Of a stretch of DNA of 64,000 bases, positions 38,844-50,602 are shown piece after piece. This DNA is from Mustelus asterias (taxonomy: Eukaryota): NCBI RefSeq assembly GCF_964213995.1, contig NW_027590147.1, positions 992,001 to 1,056,000 of the forward strand, given 5' to 3'. Positions within the stretch are counted from its first letter, which is position 1; every line of letters starts with the position of its first letter. The translations under genes were made by a program, and so were the position numbers. The notes under the pieces were generated by a model that saw only the letters and a program-made list of their open reading frames with translations, had not been told where the DNA came from and ran no database searches.

Positions 38844-40344
38844 TCTGTATGAGAAACGATGAGAGTTGAACACAAAGATTCTTTGTGACAAGGTCTAAGG
38901 AACCCACATTAATACTGTTTAAAATCTACAGGGACGCAATTAATTTTCACAATTATTTACACTTACTTGAGCAAACAGATTCAGCACTCATTTTCCATGT
39001 TCATTCTGGGAGGGGTTAGAATATTGCGATCTTCCAGGGAGGTAACGATCTAATCTTTATCTCTCCTGCAGCCTGGTAGTTTTGAATTTAATTACTTAAT
39101 ACTTGGGCGAAAGGAACGCATGCTTATCATGTGAAATGTTCATTATAATGATACAGCTAAAAAATATTATAGCCACGAGGCAGCAGGCAGCATAGCTCAG
39201 TGACATTAGAACAAATGAAAATTGGAATGATGCTAATATTAAAAGATACTACGGAAGCTGGAATCTGGAACAAAAACAGAAAATGCTGGTAAACCCCAGC
39301 CGGGCTGACAGCGTCTGTGGAGCGAAGCGCTCTGACAAAGGGTCATTCAGACTCGAAACGTTGGCTCTATTTTCTCTCTGCAGATGCTGTCAGACCTGCT
39401 GAGATTTGCCAGCATTTTCTGTTTTAGTATCGAAATGACAGTGACAGTCACATGCTATCGAATGGACTCACATAACAGAAGTAGGAGTCCCGTGCATCAT
39501 ATAAGTTCCTCACAAAGTGTAAGTCATTCCCAGACAGTACAAATGATGCCGACAGACTCCATCGACCATCCATGCCACAATAACATTCATTCTCACAAAC
39601 ACATTCACACACCACCAGAAACATCATGAAACTGCCCACGTGGGAGCTGTCAGAAATCAGACAAAAGAACATATGGAGATTAATAGATATGTTTACACCA
39701 GTCCCAGCCCTCTTGACTATTCCAGTCGTTTCGTTCCATGTTTATTTTTCTCTGGACAACATTTCTATTGTGCTGGCTAGATTATCCTTGTTTTTTTGGT
39801 GGCTTTATAGCTCTGGTTATTTATTTAGTAGTCGTTGTGTCATTGATCAATTCACAAGGCTCTCTCTATATTATTGCTTCATCCTGTTTGATTAGGATGC
39901 AGGGATAAACAAGATCGAGATTGTCTCCTCCATCGCAGCATTATCGTGCATAATGGCATGCACCCCTCAGAAAGCATTCATTTTGCTTTGCATGTCGATT
40001 GTTTGAAATCAGTTTTAATGGACCCAAACATTCATGCCCTCCACCACCAATGCAGCCGTCTGCACCATATACACGATGCACTGCAGGAACTCACCAAGCC
40101 TCCTGAAGCGGTACATTTCAAGCACACAACAGCTGAAACCTAGAAGGACACATCGGACCACTATCACTTTCCAGACTTGGAAATGTACTAGATTCCTTCA
40201 CTGTCACTTCGAAAATATTCTGGAATTCTCTCCCTAGCAGCGCTCTGGGTTTACGTACACCACAACGACTGCAACCGTTCAAGAAGGCAGTTCACCACCA
40301 AGTTATCAAGGGCAATTAGAGATCGGTAATGTCTATTGGAATAG

Positions 40345-41722
40345 GCCAGTGAGCCTCAGATCTGTAGTGGGTAAATTGTTGGAATGTATTTTGAGAGACA
40401 GGATCTACAGGAATTTAGAGATGCAAGGGACAGTCAGCATGGCTTTGTGAGTGGAAAATCATGTCTCACAAATTTGGTTGAGCTTTTTGAAGGGGTAACC
40501 AAGAAGGTAGATGAGGGCAGTGCTGTTGATGTTGTCGACATGGACTTCAGCAAGCCCTTTGACAAGGTACCACATGGTAGGTTGTTGCATAAGTTTAAAT
40601 ATACTGGATCCAGGGTGAGGTATCTAATGGATACAAAATTGGCTTCTTGACAGAAGCCAGAGGGTGGTTGTAGAGGGTTGTTTTTCAAACTGGAGGCCTG
40701 TGACCAGCGCTGTGCCTCAGGGATCAGTGCTGGGTCCACTGGTATTTGTCATTTATATTAATGGTTTGGATGAGAATATAGAAGGCATGGTTAGTGAGTT
40801 TGCAGAAGACGCTAAGATTGGTGGCATAGTGGACAGTGAAGAATGTTATCTCCAATTGCAACGGGATCTTGATTGGGCCAGTGGGCTGACGAATGACAGA
40901 TGTAGTTTAATTTAGACAAATGCGAGGTTATGCATTTTGGTAGATTGAACCAGGACACGACTTACTCAGTAAATGGTAGGGCGCTGGGAAGCGTTACAGA
41001 ACAAAGTGATCTAGGGGTATATGTTCATAGCTCATTGAAAGTGGAATCGTAGGTGGACAGAGTGGCAAAGAAGGCATTCGGCATGCTTGGTTTCATCAGT
41101 CACAACATTGAATACAGGAGTTGGGAAGTCTGGATGAAGTTGTACAAGACATTGCTAAGGCCACACTTGGAATTCTGTGTGCAATTCTGGTCACCGTATT
41201 ACAGAAAGGATATTATTAAACTAGAAAGAGTTCAGAAAAGATTTACTGGGACGCTACCGGGACTTGATGGATTGAGTTATAAGGAGAGGCTGGATAGACT
41301 GGGAATTTTTTTCTCTGGAGCGTAGGAGGCTGAGGGGTGATCATATGGAGTCTTGAAAACAATGAAAGGCATAGATCAGCGAGATAGTCAATATCTTTTC
41401 CCAAAGGTGAGGGAGTCTAAAACTAGAGGGCATAGGTTTAAGGTGAGAGTGGAGAGATACAAAAGTGTTCAAAGAGGCATTGTTTTCACACAGAGTGTGG
41501 TGAGTGTCTGGAACATGCTGCCAGAGGTAGTAGTAGAGGCGAGTACAATTTTGTATTTTAAAAAGCATTTAGGTAGTTACATGGATACGATGGGTATAGA
41601 GCGATATGGGCCAAATGCGTGCAATTGGGATTAGCTTAGGGGTTAGAAAAAAAGGGCAGCATGGACAAGTTGGGCCGAAGGGCCTGTTTCCATGCTGTAA
41701 ACATCTATGATTCTATGACTCT
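40345..41722 (+). mobile_element. CR1-like LINE, 5'-truncated, inserted in one arm of the inverted duplication
   Basis: QHGFVSGKSCLTNL..DFSKPFDKVPH..VPQGSVLGP; ctatga tail; the flanks are contiguous in the other arm (about 50915). Confidence 0.9.
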
Positions 41723-42046
41723 CCTGGCATTACCAGCGAAACCCACATCCCCTGAATGAATAACAATAAATAATCTACTCGAGACCAAGTAGAGGATGGC
41801 ACCCACAACTGTCGGTCACCTGCTTAAATTCTGGATTCTCGCTGCCGGGAGTTTCGACTGAAAACTCACAGCTCAACTCCCTATTTAAATACTTGTGTTC
41901 GTTTTAAATGGTGGGCGTGGCCTAATTTCCCGATGTTCGGGTCTGAAGTATTTCAGTGCAGCTCTGAGATCCAGTCTCCCAGAGCAGTCCAGCTCCGTCG
42001 TCTCAGCTCCCTGGCATATAAACCGTCAGCTCCAGACAGCAGAACG

Positions 42047-42524
42047 ATGGGAATCCTTGTTTTCACCGTGTGTGCCTGTTTACCCTGATGAGTACCGATC
42101 AAACTAACCCACATTGTGTGGATTGAATATAAAGCTGCCCCAGTCCATCCTAATTACAGACAATGTCTAGGATTTTAGCCCCTTTGTTGGGTTCGGCTCT
42201 GATGGTCCATTAAACTCTGTGTTTAATTTCCAGGATCTTTCAGCCAGTCAGTGATACAGAGCCTGGCAGCGTTGACCAGGAAGCAGTATCAGTCTCTTAC
42301 CATCACCTGTGTTTTCTATGAGTTTATGATTTAGAAAATGGTAATTCTTTTCAGAAAAATCCAGCCCCGGATAGAGCGGGAGCGGGTCTCCAGCGGAGGG
42401 AGATTTATTGTGTTGGTGAATGAAGCAGAAAAGACATTTTCACTGGAAATTCGGGATGTGAGAGTTGAAGACAGTGCCACCTATTACTGTAAAGTTCAGC
42501 ACTGGTACTACTCACATAGGACAT
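42047..42524 (+). pseudogene. NAR-TCR V pseudogene (cassette A): leader 42047-42086, V exon from 42234
   Basis: Leader MGILVFTVCACLP with broken donor (gatgagt); SLTITCVF..ERERVSSGGRFIVLVNEAEKTFSLEIRDVRVEDSATYYCKVQHWYYSHRT; frameshifts near 42320-42350; RSS CGCACTG-12-ACAAAAACC (42525-42552). Confidence 0.88.
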
Positions 42525-42846
42525 CGCACTGGGAGAGAGATCGACAAAAACCTCAGGACAATCAAAACAGTAATTCCCAGCAATTCCCATGTTCGGTAAC
42601 TTGACTTGTCGGGTTGATGTTATTCCCGTTCAATCTAGTTTAATTTCATTGTAGTTACCACCTATCAGTTATAATTCTTCAAGGTTTTTCGCCGTTAATA
42701 AGAATCTTGCATCTCTGCTCCTGTTCCTGGGAAATTTTACCAGGAACTCCGAGAACAACCAATGTTCATTATTGATTCAAATCTCCTGAATAATCGAGAA
42801 ACACTGATTGTTCGGTAATGGCTGCTCGGCAGTTTGAGGTGTCAGT

Positions 42847-42937
42847 CATTCTTGTGCTGGGCTGACTGAGAGCGCTGACACTGTGGGGAGAATGGAGGTT
42901 GCAGATGGGTCTGGAACGGTGGTGACTGTCACAGCCG
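42847..42937 (+). other. NAR-type J segment (42886-42937) with 23-RSS, cassette A
   Basis: cattcttgt-23-CACTGTG, then GRMEVADGSGTVVTVTA and donor G|gtaagt. Confidence 0.9.
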
Positions 42938-43224
42938 GTAAGTGACTCCTAATCCCATTGTGTTGCAGCCTGTTTAGGTTAGTGTTCACCGTCAGTTTAA
43001 ATTCGTTATCAGTATCATTTCAATTGTCTGCTTCTCAAGCAGGGTGGATTCCTAAGGAAGATTTTCAATTGCAGATTTAGACTTGGGAGAAGAGTAAGTA
43101 ACTGAAGTCGAGTCCGGCTGTGAGACCAGATTGAAGCAGTGTGAGACCCCAAAGGACAGGTATCCTACGGGGAAGGAGTTTCAGCTGATCCTATCTGGGC
43201 TATTATTGGTTTAAGGAACAGCAA

Positions 43225-43755
43225 AAAATCTCACAACACTAGATTAAAGGCCGACAGGTTTACTTCAAATCACGAGCTTTCGGACCGCTGCTCCTTTGTC
43301 AGGTGAGTGCAGAGTTGGTTTCACAAACATGGCAGATATAGACAGAGACGCAATTGCAACAAAATGGTTGGAATGCAAGTCTTTACAGGTAATCAAGTCT
43401 TTACAGGTGCAGACAATGCGAGTGAAGAGAGGGTTAATCAGGTTAAAGACGTTTGAATTGTCTCAAACCAGGACAGATGGTAGGACTTTGCAAGCCCAGG
43501 CAAAATGGTTGAGATTACATGTAGTGTGACATGAACCCAAGATCCTGGTCCTCAAAGACGCGCATTCCAACCATTATCTTGGAATTGCATCTCTGTCTAT
43601 ATATGCCATGTTTGCGAACCCAACTCTCCATTAACCTGAGGAAGTAGCAGTGCTCCGAAAGCTCGTGATTCCAAATAAAGCAGTTGGACTTTAACCTGGT
43701 GTTGTGAGACGTCTTACCGTGCCCACCCCATTCCAACGCCGGCATCTCCAATCAT
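43225..43755. mobile_element. Penelope-like repeat with inverted ends
   Basis: tctcacaacactagattaaagg.. at the left and its inverse at the right; CTGAGGA..GAAAgctc near 43636. Confidence 0.65.
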
Positions 43756-46294
43756 GGTTTAAGGAAGGCATCGGGTAATCCTCACAACATCCTGCACTCT
43801 CACTCTCCTAACTGGTTTCAGTGAGTGTACATTCGGGGAGGTGATGGCCAAGTGGAATTATCGCTGGGCTATTAATTCAAAAACACAGCTAAAGTTCTGG
43901 GAGTCCCGCCAGCGCAGATGGTGGAATTTCAATTCAATAAACATATCTGAAATTAAGAATCTACTGATGATCATGAAGCCATTGTCGATTGTCAGAAAAA
44001 CCCATCTGATTCACTAATGCCCTTCAGGGAAGGGGAACTGCTGTCCTTGTCTGGTCTGGCCTACTTGTGACAGCAGAGCCACAGCAATGTGGTTGACTCA
44101 CAACTGCCTCAGGGTACCTGGGGATGGGCAGCAAGCCAGCGACGACGCCCATGTCACATCAATGAATAAAAATACATTATGGACGCTCCGAACCCTGCTC
44201 CCTGCTCTCCGCTGGGAGAGAGCGGAGCCACCGAGCACAGGATTTCTCTCTGCTCCAGGAAATGATCTAAAAGAGGACAGGAAATGTCAACGAGGTACCG
44301 GGAGCGGCTGGTCCAATACCTGCAGCGGCAGGAAAACGGGAACATGACACAAATAGCTTCGAGAGCTTATTTTATAGTTGTAGGTGACATTTTGTGTGCA
44401 ATCAGTGACTAAAAATAATTATATCCTAACTGATTTTTATTTCCTTCCTATAAACAATCATTTTGGCAGAACTGCGAAAAGTTTGAATTGCATTCTCTTC
44501 CACATATTGATCGCTAATTGTGGACAAATCCGTTTGCATTATGTTTTTTGTCGATTTCAAAAACATGGGATTGCGCTCATTGAAGCATAATGAATCCCTC
44601 AAGGATTGGGTTGTGTCGAGGCTGAGGGAGCTGAACCGTTCCATGGATGGTCAGATCTAAACATTTCTGAATTGTACAGCGGGTCCCCAAGGTGGATTAG
44701 TTATTATCAGCATGAATTTCTTACACTTCTGAGAAAATAAATAATCAATAATGTATATGGATATCGAAAGTTTGGAAAAGCTCTGCCTTTTGTCTTTCGA
44801 AGGCCGGTAAGACATGAAAAAGCAGCACAGAAACACTGAACATTATATTGTAGTTTCAAGGAGCTCCATGTGCAGAAACTGTTCCTTCGGTGGGAGAGTT
44901 GTTCTTTTTTCTTCTTTAATTCATTCGTGTGACATGGCGTCGCTGGTTGGCCAGCATTTATTGTGCATTCCTGGTCGCCCTTCAAATCAATGGCTGGCTG
45001 GGCCATTTTTAAGGGCAGTTGAGAGTCAATCACATTGCTGTGGCTTTTTCTGAACATCGGAAATGGTTTCACGGTCAGCAGCAGATACTTAACTTCAGAT
45101 GTTTTTAAAATTGAAGTCAAATTCCACCAACTGCCGAGGCAGGATTCGAACCAGGGTCCCCAGAAGAAGTAGACATTTATATATGAAATATGAAATGACA
45201 ATCAGAAGAGATAGATACATTCGGGTATATTTACACGGAAACACATCAACATGTGAAGCTCGCTCTTTGGAGAAACGGCGTGATGAATTTATGACACAGC
45301 TTGAAAAATATGGGCGGGAGAGAGGAATAAATAGACACACAGCTCAGGATGAGAGGAGAAGGGGCGTAATAGAACAAGCTTCGATCATCTGGACCAAGTG
45401 GCCTATTCGTGTTAAGTGGAAAGTGTAGAATATAAAACTCAGAGACAATTCTGTTCGGAAAGGACAGGGAACAATCAGCCAATGGACTAAAGGGATTGAA
45501 ATTATCACATCCCCTAAAGGCAGTTCCCAGTGAGTAACAGTAAAACCACTGCGGAAACTGAACAGACTGAACCAACCGATAACTGAGAGAAATTAGGGCA
45601 AGTTTTCATGACGGTTAGAAACCGCCATGAACAGACAGAAAACAACTCAGATGTAGAAATAAAATGAAATCAACTTGCAAATATTTCGAAAAGAAGTAAA
45701 ACGGTAGAATTGATGGACGGAAAGAGACAAATAGCCCAACGGCAGACTGGATTTACCTTGTAATGTTGAAATGCGGCCAAAAGTCGATCTTTGACCCACA
45801 GATTTACATTGTCATTTCTGATTAATAGATGTGGACGAAAATCTCTGTTCTGTGCTGAACCTTGGTATGTACTGAAATATAAGACTGCTGATTTTCCTTC
45901 GGGCAATCAAATCTAGACAGCAATTGATTCATTGAAGAGAAGAGTGAACTTTACGTTTTAGTTTTCTGGTTCGCATTTCACCAATATATTTATTAGCAGA
46001 TATTTAATAAAAATAAAATCATACTCTGCAAAAGAAACATAATTCTGTCAATAATGACAGTAGTTTGAAGGTGCTGCCAATATATCCATTCGTTCTTCTT
46101 TTTGTCCCCACTGGAATCTTGTCCTGTCCCAGAAGTTTTTGCCCCTCAATTGCCCCTCAAGTTAATGTTCAATCTGCTTCCAGAACCACCCTTTCCGCAG
46201 TGCACTTCAGGTGACTGCAATTCTCTGTGAATAAAAGATCTGAAGATCTGCCACGCTTGTTTATTTCCAATAATCAATGCATTTTGAAACACAT

Positions 46295-46625
46295 TCATGG
46301 AATCCCTACAGGACAGAAGGAGGCCATTTGGCCCGTCAAGTCTGTACCGACCACATCCCACCCAGTCCCAGGCAATATTCCCATAACCCCACATATTTAT
46401 CCTTCTAATCTTTCTCGGACACTAGGGTCAATTTACCTTGGCCAATCAACGTAATCTGCACATCTTTGGACTGTGGGATGAAATCGGAGCACCCGGAGTA
46501 AACCCAAACAGACACGGGGAGAATGTGCAAACTCCACACAGACAATGACCCGAGGCCGGAATTGAACCTGGGTCCCTGTCGCTGTGAGGCAGCATTGGCA
46601 ACCACTCTGCCACCGTGCCACCCCC
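46295..46625 (-). mobile_element. HE1-type SINE
   Basis: Reverse complement ggcacggtggcagagtggttgcca..gtttgcacattctccccgtg. Confidence 0.75.
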
Positions 46626-46733
46626 TAATTAAATTAAACAAATTGCCGCAACAGACAGGTATTCATCCGATTGACAAGTTTTCCCGGGTAAACAGTGGCT
46701 CAACAAACAATTCATTTTATTTCTACACTGCAG

Positions 46734-47037
46734 ATTCCAGCTCAGCTGTGTCACCAAGTTCCCTTCTACAAACCTCTGCTGCCGGTGACCGGTTATTTGA
46801 AGCTGCGAATATTCAGGTCTCTTGTCAGTACACAGTACACGTACCCTCAGACCCCAGGACAGGCTCAGAAATACCTGCTTCAGACACACATTTCTGGAGA
46901 GGAGAATAAATCAAACAGGGTCGCGGGGAGGATTTCTGCTTCTATCGATTCTTCCGTCAAAATCAGCCGGTTAAAGATCTCCAAACTTTAACTGAGCGAC
47001 TCCGCTGTTTATTACTGTGAACTGAGTTGGCGCACAG
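46734..47037 (+). pseudogene. Supporting V-delta pseudogene (cassette A)
   Basis: Acceptor ctgcag; CEYSG..CQYT..QKYLLQTHISGEE..GRISASIDSSVKISRLKISKL*LSDSAVYYCELSWRT; frameshifts and TAA at 46989. Confidence 0.88.
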
Positions 47038-47338
47038 CACAATCGCACAGAACACGGAGAGAGCTGTACAAAAACCTGGACATGATGAGGGTTACAGACA
47101 CAGTGACACAGAACACGGAGACAGCTGTACAAAAACCTGAACATGCATTTCAGATTCTTGTGAGCTCACCATGTTCAGGTTTCTGTACACCTCTCTCCGT
47201 GTTCTGTATTACTGTGTCTGAAATCCTCACCAGGTCCAGGTATTTGTACAGCTCTCTCCGTGTTCTGTATCACTGTGTCTGGAATCCTCACCATGTTCAA
47301 GTTTCTGTACGGCTCTGTCCCTGTTCTGCATCACTGTG
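47038..47338. repeat. Array of five 23-RSSs with a 61-bp period (two on +, three on -), convergent
   Basis: +: 47038-47076, 47099-47137; -: 47300-47338, 47239-47277, 47178-47216; each is heptamer + exactly 23 nt + nonamer. Confidence 0.92.
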
Positions 47339-47644
47339 CTGTGCGCCCACTCAGTGCACAGTAATACACAGCGGAGTCGCTCAATCGCAGCTTGGAGATC
47401 TTTAACCAGCTGATTTTTTCGACAGGGTCGACAGAAGCAGAAATTCTCTGCCCGGCAGCGTTTTCTTTGATCGCCTCGCCTGATGTGTGTCTCTTAAGCA
47501 AGTATTTTGGGGTCTCTCCTGGAGAGTGACGGTACCAGTAGAGTGTGTGTTGACAAAATCCTGGATATTCACAGTTTAAAGTAATGGTGTCGTCAGCAGC
47601 ACAGGTTTGGAGAGACGGATTCTGTGACACAGATAAACTGGATT
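47339..47644 (-). CDS. Supporting V-delta of NAR-TCR (cassette B), intact and leaderless
   Basis: Phase-1 acceptor ctgcag; SVSQNP..LNCEYPGFCQHTLYWYRH..DSAVYYCALSGRT; extra Cys in CDR1; no leader exon seen nearby. Confidence 0.92.
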
Positions 47645-49669
47645 CTGCAGAACCTATAAATAATGCACAATATTTCTATGATTCCATTACTTGCGTTGCA
47701 TGTTAGTTTGCCCAGGGAAATATAATCGCGTCAATAGCTCGCCATTTTCCCGTAATTGTTTCATTAAAGGGTGTGCGACATTTATTCACTATAATTAGGG
47801 AGACAGTGGCAAAGTGGTATTATGACTGGATTGCTTAATCCAGAGATTTAGTAATCCAAGTAATACGCTGGGGACACGGGTACGAATGGTGCCACGGAAG
47901 ATGGTGAAATTTGAATTTCAATTCAATATTGAATTGATTTCAATAAAACAAGCATGTTAATTCAAAGATGACTATGAAAACATTGTCGATTGCCGTTAAA
48001 ACCACATGTGTTTCACTAATGTTCTTGAGGGAAGAAAATCTGCCATCCTTATCTGGTCTGGCCTACATGTGGCTCCTGATACACAAAAATGCGGTTGACT
48101 CTTAAATGCCCTCTAAAATGGGCTTCGCAAGCCATCCTGTTCAAAGGCAATTAGGGACACCCACATCCAGAGGATGAATTGAAAAAAAATGGCAAAAGAG
48201 CCGAGGGGCAGATACTTAGATGATTTTTTTTGTACACAGCGAATTTTGCTCATCTGGATTATTTGGAGATGTGTGTTGGAAACAAATTCAACACTCATTT
48301 TCGAACAGTAAATGGAAGAAATATACAGAATCAGATTAGAATTCCGGGGGTTTGATGAGCAGGAAGGTAAAATAGGAAACGTTCAGTAGCACCTGCAAAG
48401 AATGGCCACTTGGTCAGAGTGATGTCCTTCTCTGGTTTCTGATTTTATATTTAGTGTCTGCTTCTGTGTATATTGACGATTTACAAACCTGAGGAAATTA
48501 TATGAAAGTTCACTCTTCTCACTGTAACAATTGCTGTCCAGAGTTGATTGACTGAGAGTAACCCTGCCGTTTTATATGCTGGGTCGCATCAAGATTCAGG
48601 CAAAGACGGTCATACTCGCCCAGCGAAACTGATTAAGCGAAACTGACAATGCATATCTGTGTCAAAGATCAACCTTTGACTACAGTCCAACTCTTTGCAC
48701 AGTTTCGTCCATCAATTCTACAATTTATATTATATATTAGAATGATTTACAGTTAATACCAGTGGATTTATAAATCTGAGTTGTTCTCTTTGTACTGCTT
48801 GCGATTTCTTGCCACCATGAGAACCGGTCCCAGACACTCTCCAATGTCAGTTGAGATCAGCATGCTCAGTTTCCCCGATTGACTTGCTCACTGTTACTCA
48901 CTGTGAAGATTGCCTTTTCAAGGTGCCTGAGATTTTCAATTCCTTCCATCCATTGGTTGATTGTTCCCCATGCTTTCTGGGCAGAATCCTCTCTGTGTTT
49001 TATATTATATAGATTCCACAGAACAGAAGTAGGCCAGTCGGCTCACAGTACGCTTGTCCTTGCACTGCGCACTACTCCCCTCTCACACTCGATCCCTAAC
49101 GAAACCATTGTACACTGAGCACTGTGTCCTTCTCCCTCCTCGATCTTTCACGCCGTCTGAAAAATTCCTTACGCCATTTACTGCAACCACTCCATGTGGC
49201 AGCTCGCTCCACATTCCTCCTAATTTCTTTTTCTTTTATCTCACTGGCATCATATTAAATGTTTCTTTAATCTGAATCATTTTCTCCACACGTACATTAA
49301 TGAATCTATCAATTAATGCTAAAGATTTATATCAACACCAAAACCTGAAAAATGTTGGCAAACCTCAACAGGTCTGGAGACAGAATAGAGTCAACGTTTC
49401 CAGTCTGGATGACCCTCCGTAAGAGCCACAGAGAGAAGCAAAGTTGACACGAGGACAGAAGTCATAGCTTCAAAATGTGGACCCGACTCCAGTTTCCTAT
49501 TCTGCTCCCAAATCTAAAACTGCAATTGAAAATCTTCCACAGAAACCCCCTTCCCCCACGCTGCTATTGTAGTCACAGAGGATTGAAGAGAGGCAGACGA
49601 CAAGAATGAACTGACGGCGAAAACGAACCAGGACATTCTGCAATACGGGGGGGATTTGGAGTCACTTAC

Positions 49670-49761
49670 CAGCTGAGACAGTCACCACCGTCCCAGACCC
49701 GTCTGTAAATCTCCACTCTCCCCACAGTGTCAGCGCTCTCAGTCAGCCCAGTACACGAATG
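49670..49761 (-). CDS. NAR-type J segment (49670-49722) with 23-RSS, cassette B
   Basis: cattcgtgt-23-CACTGTG, then GEWRFTDGSGTVVTVSA and donor G|gtaagt; phase matches the supporting V acceptor. Confidence 0.9.
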
Positions 49762-50092
49762 ACAGACACCTCAAACTGATGGGGAAAAAATTACCGAATA
49801 GTCAGCGTTTATCAATTATTCAGGGGTTATAGATCAATAATGAAGTATGATAGTTTTATAATTCCCATTGGAACAAAGTGTTCCTTGGGACACTCTGAAC
49901 TCTTGGCAAAATGGCCCAGGAACGGAGTGGAGATGGACGCTTCGTAGAAATGGAATAAAAAAGTTAAAGAAAGATAACTGAAGGGAGGAAATTACAACGA
50001 AATGAAATCATGTTGCAACGATAATAACAACAACCCGACAAGCTATGGTCCGTGTCCTGGAAATTATTGCTTCGCTTGTTCAGAAATACTTA

Positions 50093-50120
50093 AGTATTTG
50101 TTCTCCTCTCTTCCACTGTG
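50093..50120 (-). other. 12-RSS of the NAR-TCR V
   Basis: CACAGTG + gaagagaggaga (12 nt) + ACAAATACT. Confidence 0.92.
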
Positions 50121-50602
50121 GTGTCCCATGTGCGTAGTACCAGTGCTGAGCTTTACAGTAATAGGTGGCGGTGTCTTCAATTCTCATGTCCCGAATTTCC
50201 AGCGAAAATGTCTTTTCTGCTTCATTCACCGACACAACAAACCTCCCTCCGCTGGAGATCCGCTCCCGCTCTGTCCCAGTCTGGGTTTGTCTGAAGAAAT
50301 GGCCATTTTTTAAATCATAAACACCATTGAAAACACAGGTGATGGTGAGAGACTGACACTCCTTCCTGGTCACCGCTGCCGGGCTTTGAGTCACTGACTG
50401 ACTGAAACATCCTGGAAATTCAACACAGAGAGTTTAATGGACCATCAGAGCCGAACCGCACAACGGGGCTAAAACCCCAGACAGTGTTTGTAATTGAGAT
50501 GGACTGGGGCAGCTTTATGTTCAATCCACACAATGTGGGTTAGTTTGATCGGTACTCACGGGGTAAATAGGCACACATGGTGAAAACAAGAAGGATTTCC
50601 AT
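50121..50602 (-). CDS. NAR-TCR V segment (cassette B), intact: leader 50560-50602, V exon 50121-50411
   Basis: MEILLVFTMCAYLP|RCFSQSVTQSPAAVTRKECQSLTITC..ERERISSGGRFVVSVNEAEKTFSLEI..DTATYYCKAQHWYYAHGT; IgNAR-like with no CDR2; FR1 Cys. Confidence 0.92.

Noticed and set aside
42513-42552. CACATAG read as the heptamer of a 23-RSS for the cassette A NAR V
   Set aside because: The spacer would be 24 nt; alignment with the intact copy places the true heptamer at 42525 with a 12-nt spacer
45099-45428. 109-aa ORF in the cassette A intron
   Set aside because: Ends in a CR1-like tail (ggaccaagtggcct); most likely a decayed LINE end
47038-47338. CRISPR-like repeat-spacer array
   Set aside because: Vertebrate context; the linkers are homologous to each other rather than unique, and the units are RSSs
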